Assembly (NCBI GenBank): GCA_951406725.2
Contig: OX597817.1
Location: forward strand, 98,332,001-98,396,000
Direction: 5' to 3'
DNA: 64,000 bases
From: Octopus vulgaris
Taxonomy: Eukaryota
Under the pieces are notes generated by a model. It did not search any database. It worked only from the letters and a program-made list of their open reading frames with translations, and had not been told where the DNA came from. The position numbers were made by a program, and so were the translations under genes. Below are positions 55,440-64,000 of this stretch, one piece after another; the first letter of the stretch is position 1; each line of letters starts with the position of its first letter.

Positions 55440-58400
55440 CATATACAGCCAAGGAAAGAAGTAAACATGACTATCCATATAACAAAAAGGATAAAAAGAG
55501 ACAGCATACACGAATGTGTAAATTCTACTTGAAAGTTGTCTGCTGGCATGGTGAGGTAGGTGCAGGCTGCTGTTTAGCACACCAAAGACCCCGCGACCCC
55601 ACCACATAAACATGAAGCAGGGCAGAAGCCACCTGCCAAAAGGAAAGGACTACGCACCACCTGCCCCAAAACGGAGGTACGCAGATGTAGTGCATGCTAC
55701 AAACCAAACCCATCGACATGTTATTGAAAGGGCAGCTGCTGAACAACAATCTTTTTTTGTGCATGGCACAAAAGTTTGTACAGCAGCTGACCTGGCTCCA
55801 TCAATCTCACAGATGGGACTATCCACAATACACAAGACCACCACAGCAAATAGACCCAAGGTTGACACCACTGGTAACAACACACACATCACCCCGATGC
55901 TTCTACTGAACATCAGAGGACTGCTAACACTCAGTAACAGGACAAAAATCCCTTTCTTAAGAGACCTTGTTGCATGCAATCAAGCCTTATGCATAGCACA
56001 CCTGAAACCAGATATAGCAAATGCAGAAATACACATACCACAGTATGTTGTATTAAGGACTGACAGAAAAGAAAGAAGTCATGGTGGAGTTGCTATGTAC
56101 ATCCACGAAGACCTCACACTTCAGATCCTTTTGTCACACTCAAATTTAGTATGTGACACACTAATTGTACATATAAGGCAACTCGGTGTAGTTATATGTG
56201 CAACATATAGCCCTCCAGATGCTCCAGGCCATGTAGGCAAGTTTGAAGACTGCCTTGCAAAAATAGAAGTTCTAGTCACATTAGAACCATACATACGAGG
56301 GGCGTTCAATAAGTAATGCTCCTGACCCAATTCCCATAGCAGTAGAGCAACGAAACTTAGCACAGTTATTAGTCTTTTTCTACATAGGAACCACTCAGAG
56401 TTACACATTTCTCCCATCGTTTGATGCAACTCTGGAGACCGTTTTTGTAGAAGACCCCAGCTTGGTCCTCCAACCACGACGTGACTTCAGAAATCAAGGC
56501 TGCATCATCTGGGAAACGCTTTCCTTTCAAAAACAACTTCATGGCTGGGAAGAGGTGAAAATCGGAGGGTGCAAGGTCAGGAGAGTAGGGGGATAGGGGA
56601 GGAGTTAATAGCTGCACGCCTGTGCTTCTGATCTGGCAACACGCGAGTTGTAGACCGGAGCGTTGTCCTGCAGGAGGAGGATGCCTTTGCTGATCTTTCC
56701 CCACCTCTTCATTTTGATAGCTTCTCTTAATTTCCTCAAAAGTGAAGCATAATAGGCTCCTGTAATTGTGGTACCCTTTGCCAGGAAATCTGTCATCACT
56801 ACTCCGTCCTGGCCCCAGAAGACTGTGAGCATGACCTTGCCAGCGGAGGGCTGCACCCTTGCCTTCTTGGGAGGAGGTGAGTCACGGTGCTTCCACTGCA
56901 TTGACTGGGCTTTGGTGTCTGGATCATAGTGATGGATCCAGGTTTCATCCTGTGTAATCAGTCTTTTGAAAAATTTTGACTCATCTTCTTGGCACATCTC
57001 CAAATTCATCCTCGAGCACTCGACGCGTTCTTGCTTCTGGAAAGGTGTGAGCAACCTGGGAATCCATCTGGCAGACACCTTTTGCATATGCAAATGGTCA
57101 TGAATGATAGTTTCCACAGACCCGGTACTAAACTTGACCTCATGGGCTATTTGGCGAATAGTTATGCGTCGATCTTCCAAAATGGCAGCCTCAACTTGAT
57201 GGACAGATGCCTCATCAATGGCAGAAGGGGGGCGACCAGATCTGGGAGCTGTTTCCGCAGAGTTCCAACCATGTTTGAATTCACGATGCCAGCGTTTTAC
57301 AAGGTCATATGATGGGGCATCATCACCATAAGTTACTTTCATTTCATCAAAAGTCTCCTGTGGTGAGCGTCCTTTCAAATACAAAAAACCGGATAACTGC
57401 TCGACACTCAACAGGCTCCATTTCACACTTGACTCAGTTCAAACACCTGTATTTCAGAAACCACAAAAAGTTCAGAGCTGTAATTTGCCACTTAATCTAT
57501 AGAGATATAAATAATTGCACATGTAATTCAAACAATGCTAGATCAAACAACTGCAAGTGGGTCAGAAGCATTACTTATTGAACGCCCCTCGTATGTGTAC
57601 TTCTTATGGAAGACTCCAATCTGCCCAATGTCAGATGGCCTGAAGGCCTTTCTCTCCCAGGAATGATACGATGCAAACAAGGACAGGTGAAGTCCCTCCT
57701 GAACCTCATCAACACTTTGTACATGGAGCAAATAGTACTCCAACCAATGAGGGCAGGTAACATACTGGATCTCTGCTTCACAAATAATATGGATCTCATC
57801 CATAATGTGAAAGTGACACCAACACTACTCTCAGATTACAACATAGTAGAGCTGACCATGTACGGGCTAAAGGAAAGCATGGACATGCAACCTACAAGAA
57901 ACTCTCAGAATCTTTCCAGCTTGAACTTCCATAAGGCAAACTGGAAACAAATTGAGAAAGAGATCCTCAAACAAAACTGGCCTAAATGTTTCTCCTCACC
58001 GGACATTGACATGAAACTTTAACAATTCATGTCTGTAATGCAAGCCATATGCTGCAAATGTGTCCCAGAGAGAAAGGCCATTGTACACAAGAACAAAATC
58101 CCCAGATACAAAAGTTTCAAATCGCCTAAACAAACACATTGAACGCAGTGAAAAGTCCTGCCTGAAAATACAACTGCTGGAAATTGAAAAAAGTCTGCAA
58201 CTCTCCCATGGACAAGAAAGAGCAGACAAAGAAGCCTGGGCTATAGACAATATAAAATCTAACCCCAGATTTTTCTACAAGTTTGCCAAATAAACAGCTT
58301 CAGTGCACTGCAGGATAGGGCCACTCTTCGAAAAAGATGGTACACTCACAGGAAATCCGATGAGGATAAATGAGCAATTGAAAAGTATTTTCACTCCACT

Positions 58401-59212
58401 CCTAGGGCATTTTCAAGTCAGTAATCCAACTGACTTCTTTACTGCAGATATAAAAACAGAGGCAATGATGATTGATTACATCGATATAAAGGAAGACGAT
58501 GTAATAAAGGCTATAGATGAAATGAACCCAAACTCAGCTACTGGCCCCGATGGATTCCCAGCAATCCTTCTAAAAGTATGTAAGCGAGTCCTAGCCAGAC
58601 CACTGCAGCCCCTCTTTCAGAGCTTCGTTGCAACTGGTAAATTTTCAAAAAAACTGAAGGAGGGTAAAATATGCCCTATTCATAATGGAGATAGCAGAGC
58701 GGAGGCCAAGAACTACAGACCTATCTCTCTAACCTCACACATCAGCAAGGTCATGGAACAAATAGTCAGAAGAAAACTAATCGCCTTCCTTGAAGAAAAT
58801 GACTTGCTGCCCGACACCCAACATGGTTTCCGATCAGGAAGAAGCTGCTTCACACAGCTCTTACAACGCTATGACTGGGTGCTGAAACAGCTGCTCAACC
58901 ACTTAAATTTGGAAGTGATATATCTCGCCTTTGCAAAGGCCTTTGATAAAGTCGATCATGGAATGATATGTCAAAGAAAAGCGTGATCTTGGCATAGTTG
59001 GAAAATTGGGAGAATGGCTTCATGACTTTCTGAAGGATAGAAGTCAGGTGGTAGTAGCCAATGGGGCCACCTCCAATGACATGCAAATAGTGAGCGGTGT
59101 TCCGCAAGGCACTGTTCTGGGACCACTGCTGTTCGTAATGGCCCTCTCAGACATGCCCTCAGCCATGCAGAGAGCCACGATCACAAGTTATGCAGATGAT
59201 ACAAAAGTTTCA
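55440..59212 (+). mobile_element. Degenerate CR1-like LINE (ORF1 3' part + ORF2 up to YADD), interrupted by mariner
   Basis: CKFYLKVVCWHGEVGAGCCLAH finger, APE motifs, RT motifs up to YADDTKVS. Confidence 0.9.
56296..57591 (-). mobile_element. Mariner transposon with TA target-site duplication, nested in the LINE APE region
   Basis: TIRs cgaggggcgttcaataagtaatgc at both ends with TA on each side; motifs [19 protein letters not shown]. Confidence 0.96.
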
Positions 59213-59660
59213 ATGCTGATCACATTTCTGTTCATTTCACAATGTGATCAGCATCTTCTCATATATCAGGAAATTATACCTACTTTGTTATGGATAAATT
59301 CATCGTCTCTGAGTATGAAATATCTCCTCATATCTCCGGAAATTACACCTACATTATTATGGATGGATTTACCTTTTCTGTGAAACTAACAAACTTTTTT
59401 AAAACCTTTTATAAATCTGTGCATCATTAGAGAACTTTTGAAGTCTGCTTACAATCTAAATTTGCTTTTTATAGAACTCTCTTCGATAACTTCATGAGTG
59501 TAGCCTCACCCACTAGGATGTTTGGAAAACTCATATGTGTTTTGGCTGATGAATACGGGACACTTGTATTTGCTGCAATATTTGCAGCTTTTAATAAAAC
59601 TGTTCTTCGTATGAAACAATTGTACTGAACAACAAATCCATTCTTGTTGCTTTTTTCTTG
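59213..59660 (+). mobile_element. Penelope pLTR-like fragment with hammerhead
   Basis: Non-LINE sequence replacing the LINE 3' part; contains a canonical hammerhead. Confidence 0.6.
59541..59629 (+). ncRNA. Type I hammerhead ribozyme, canonical CUGAUGA core, predicted cleavage after GUA at 59624
   Basis: tttgg CTGATGA atacg...cgtat GAA acaattgT A ctgaa. Confidence 0.85.
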
Positions 59661-59852
59661 TTTATGTATATATATAAATATATGTGTACATATACACACA
59701 TATATATATATATAAATATATGTATACATATACATATATATATGTATATATATAAATATGTATATATATTTACATATATTATATATGTATATATACATAT
59801 ATATATGTATATATCTATACATATATATGTATATATAGATATACGTATATAT

Positions 59853-60690
59853 AATCAAAAATAGCAACATGAATGACTCCGGTAATTTGGTACAATTGTT
59901 TCGTACTACAACATTTTATTAAAAGTTGTAAGAATTACAGCAGATTTAAGATGCTGAATGCTCTTCAGCCAATTATATAGGTTTTCCAATAATATAAAAG
60001 CTTTCAAATCAAGTAGTAACATTTTAGAGAAGGTAGATATACAGATAAAGATGTAGATTTTATGAGGTTGTGAAGTTCAGTCGCTAACTGACCAAAACTA
60101 CAGCTTTAAATTTTAAACTAGATTAGATTTAGGAAGAGTTCCAATTTCAAGATTACAGTGAAGTTATTCTAGTCATCTATGAAAGTTAAGTTGAAGGCTA
60201 GTATAGTATATTTCTTAATATTATTATAATAAAAGTTGAAATTTTTATTTAAAGTATTTAAACGTTCGAGTTGTGGAATGTATGCAAGATGCTCCCAACT
60301 CCAGACGATTATTCAACAGATTTTATTACTTCGATGCTTTAAAATTTCATAAGTTTCCATAGAACAAAGTTGACAACCTTCCCTACTATTTCTATAAGGT
60401 TTCGCCCTTCTAACTATATCCCATTTTAGGTTGAATCATATATTATTTGTTTTTAGTTCCCAAATTTTGCTAGATAGTGTAGTGCGACCTGCCTTATGTT
60501 TTAGTCTCAAAGAGGAAAAATGATTGTTGAGACGTTTTTTAAAATCTACTGAACATCCGAAATAAAGAAAGCTATTGTTAGAAGTTATCGTGCATTTATA
60601 AATTACATTTTGGACCGAACAACGACCAGATACCGGACAATTTGATCTAATCCTACAATTACAACTGGGGGGGGGGGATAGTGTTCAGTC
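59853..60690 (-). mobile_element. Penelope 3' fragment (GIY-YIG + pLTR), absent from the ORF track
   Basis: Manual translation of ~60670 to 60330: SCNCRIRSNCPVSGRCSVQNVIYKC...LYFGCS..FKKRLNNHFSSL...TTLSSKIWELK...CQLCSME. Confidence 0.85.
59887..59972 (-). ncRNA. Type I hammerhead ribozyme (CUGAAGA core)
   Basis: Minus strand: ttgg CTGAAGA gcatt...agtac GAA acaattgT A ccaa. Confidence 0.75.
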
Positions 60691-60783
60691 TTGGAATTAT
60701 TTAAGGATATTATATATATATGTATATATTTACATATATATATATGTATATATACATATATGTATATATATATTTATATATTA

Positions 60784-60972
60784 ATAGTTATCGCCAAACT
60801 AATATGGCAGTCCATAAAGATAAGATTAAAGCTGTCGCTGATTAGCTCCAAGAGGCCATCGCCTCTAGCTAGCTATATGACACACGAACCTGCGTCCATT
60901 ACAACCTTCGAACAGGGGAGGTCAGCCGCTTCACCTTGCTGGTCAGACATCTGCAGACATGTTTCAGGGTAG
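60784..60972 (-). mobile_element. Truncated homologue of the 16220-16765 element (ends inside hammerhead stem II)
   Basis: Colinear with 16220-16410; minus strand retains ccctGAAacatgTC tgcag. Confidence 0.75.
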
Positions 60973-60992
60973 TTATATATATATATACATAT

Positions 60993-62670
60993 CATTCGCC
61001 ATGATAGATCCCTAGCCACTACACCTTTTTCTATTTTCTTTCCCTGTTTATTTCTGTGTCCCTTTCTGTCGAAGAGCGTAGGCTTGAAACGTAAAAGACT
61101 TTTTCACTTGCCGAGCGTTAAATTAATACATCTGCTTATTGTTTACACACCCATCTTCGTCTTTTGTTGTTTTTTTTTTGGTAAATTCTCACTATGTATA
61201 CATATAGGTACATACTGTTGTGTCTGGGGAGAGTCATTTTCTTTTGGTGCCTTATAAACTAAGACACTCACCGGTAAAATATCCACTTATTTCCTTCGTT
61301 AGTTTTTGAAAATATTCGTTGCTTTACACCATGACGTTTGAAGCTTTTGAAATTTGAAATTTTGTAAACTTTTTTGTACTTTCTGCTTTTTCCTACTGTT
61401 GTTTCCCTAACCTGGCGCACAAAACTGTGGGTATCGGCACGAAATTCATTGCTGGATAGAGTGAGTGGGATGATGAGCAGACCACTATTGAGGAGTGAGC
61501 ACCCTGCTTCAGTGAGAGGAAGATCTGGAGGAATGGTAGCAACAGACTGATGTGGTAACAACGAGACCTCTTGGTCCACAGCTTCTTCCCTAACCCAACT
61601 TCCCAATCCGGCTCGTTCCCCTGCTCCGGCCCACGCTACCGTACTTGCCCTTACCTCTCCAGCATCACCCTCCTCACAGGCTCCCATCATCGACCTTATC
61701 ATATCACTGACTCCTTCATCTGAACTTCTCACAACATCATCTGCTGCATCTCCTGCTGTCTCTTCTCTTCTCTATAATCAGTGAAACGGGACGCCGCCTG
61801 GCTGACTGGTTCTTGGAATACCTCCGAGACATTCGTCTCGGCAACGACACGATGGTCTCGTGCCATTTCTGCTCTGCCGGTCACTCTTTACAACACCTGT
61901 CTGTGTTCGGACTGTCCTTGCACAGGGTCCATCCGGATTCCCGTCTTTGCCATGAGCAGGGATTAATCTACTCCCTTCGCTCCTTTGCACCACATGGGCT
62001 CAACTCTCCTCTCGCTTCCTCTAACCCTCCTCTCCTCTCTTCCCCTCACACCTACCTCTCCTCTCTTGCTCTAGCACCTACTTACTCTCTTCACTCCTAC
62101 CAACCTTCTCTCTTCCACCCTCTCCCTTCATCATCACCCTGTGCCTCGTTATCCACCCCTAAACATTCCAACCCTCCCATCATTATACATCCCATCCCAC
62201 TCTACCCCATCCGTTAGACACCAACCCTTGCTTCCCCCACTCTCACCTCCACCACACCATACCACACACCATCACACCACACTACATCACATCACTAGCA
62301 CTGACCACTTCCCAGCACCTATACAATCATCCACACACCTACATATGCACACGTCAATATAACAAGCCCCCTTCCACAGGCACATACATACTCTCACATA
62401 CACATGCATACGAACCTTCGTTTTGAGATCAGCACTACTTTATTATCCCCCCTTCATCCTAGCTCTCCTGTGCGACCCCTCTGTCCAGCATTCGCCATGA
62501 TAGATCATTAACCACTAAACTATTTTCTCTCCCTGTTTATTTTTGGGTTCCTTTCTGTCGAAGAGCGTAGGTTCAAAATGTAAAAGATTTTCTCATTTCC
62601 TGAGTGTAAAACATCTGTTTGTTGTTTAGACACCCATCTTCGTCTAGTTTTTTTTTGTAAATTCCCACTA

Positions 62671-62672
<2 letters not shown>
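60993..62672 (+). mobile_element. Short Penelope-derived element: ~200-bp direct repeats (60993-61197, 62489-62672) around a GIY-YIG remnant
   Basis: Repeats begin cattcgccatgatagatc. 61640-62005 encodes CPYL...SF..TSHNIICCISC...ETGRRLAD.F.E.LRDIR...HF...EQGLIYSLRSFAPHGLN. Each repeat has a hammerhead-like motif (61062-61097, 62551-62586). Confidence 0.8.
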
Positions 62673-62716
<44 letters not shown>

Positions 62717-62717
<1 letters not shown>

Positions 62718-63641
62718 CCTTAAATCCTTAAAAATGTTTTAGCCCGAAGGCCGCGGCCATGCTGGGGCACCACCGCTGAATGAGCTACACTAATTTGAGA
62801 ATCCACCTCTGATACGTGGCACTTGATCAACAAGGGAGTTCGATGCTGCTGCCTGCATCCGCGTCTCCTGTTGTGAGGTAGGTTCATCTGGGACTCCCAA
62901 CAAGAAGAGATCCAGTTTAGTTTTAAAGAAACCCACATCCACACCATGTAAGTCTCTCAGGCATTTAGGGAGGATGTTAAAGAGCTGTGGTCCTCTGAAA
63001 CCCAAGCTGTTGCAGTATCTGGACCTGTATTTTGATGGTGATGTTGGAATCCTTGGCACCATGCAGTGGCGCCCCGTTCTGCGGTTGGAGTAACTTTGAA
63101 TGTCAAAGTTTGGGACAAGACCCTCCAGGATTTTCCAGATGTATATCACGGCATATCTCTCCCGCCTCCGCTCTAGGGAGAAGAGGTTTAATACTTTCAG
63201 TCTTTCCCAGTAGCTGATATTTTGCATTCAGACGATCTTCTTTGTGTAGCTTCTCTGAAGTGCTTCGAGTTCTGCTGTTAGTTTTATATTGTGTGGTGAC
63301 CAAAGTTGGGAGCAGTAGTCCAAGCGGCTGAGTACGAATGTTTTCCAGAGGACCATCAGTGTCCCCTTCTATCTTGTTCTGAAAGTTCGGAGAATCCATC
63401 CAGCTAGCCGTCTGCATTTTATCACCAGATTAGCAATAAGCACTTGGAAAGATGCATCATTGCTCATGTCAATGCCCATGTCACGCACTGATTTTGACTC
63501 AGGGATTGCAATTCTTCCTGGGCCAGTGTATCCTGTCTTCACATCATTTACCTTTGTGTGCCAGTAGCGCAGGGCCTGGAATTTACATGCATTAAACTGC
63601 ATGTTGTTGTCCTCAGCCCACCTGTATATTGTGTCCAGCTG
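62717..63641 (-). mobile_element. 5'-truncated CR1-like LINE (subfamily of copy A)
   Basis: Near-identical to the reverse complement of 20150-21073; (TAAGGATT)n tail. Confidence 0.93.

Positions 63642-64000
<359 letters not shown>

Noticed and set aside
60430-60445. In-frame TGA in the GIY-YIG fragment as selenocysteine
   Set aside because: It is not at a conserved Cys position, the element is decayed, and no SECIS was identified.

Overview
Eukaryotic, gene-free 64-kb window made almost entirely of transposable elements nested in long (TA)n/(TATG)n microsatellites. The repeat repertoire suggests a cephalopod (Octopus-like) genome, which is an inference. Contents: about 10 copies or fragments of CR1-like LINEs (ORF1 with a Myb/SANT-like N-terminus plus CCCH finger; APE+RT ORF2), one near-full-length RTE LINE preceded by a ~465-bp tandem array, seven Penelope-like elements (RT + GIY-YIG, two lineages), two mariner copies plus two 5' stubs, and several tRNA-derived SINEs. 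The main hidden layer is a dense set of more than ten type I hammerhead ribozyme motifs, read by eye. They lie in Penelope pseudo-LTRs and in small non-coding inverted or tandem elements, and include canonical cores, compensatory U3:A8 cores, a possible G3:C8 core, and a ~500-nt circularly permuted retrozyme-like unit. Also seen: a SINE whose 3' tail matches one LINE subfamily, a CRE+CCAAT motif array, and several short templated duplications of neighbouring DNA. The IYIY-type ORFs are microsatellite artefacts; no host gene is supported.
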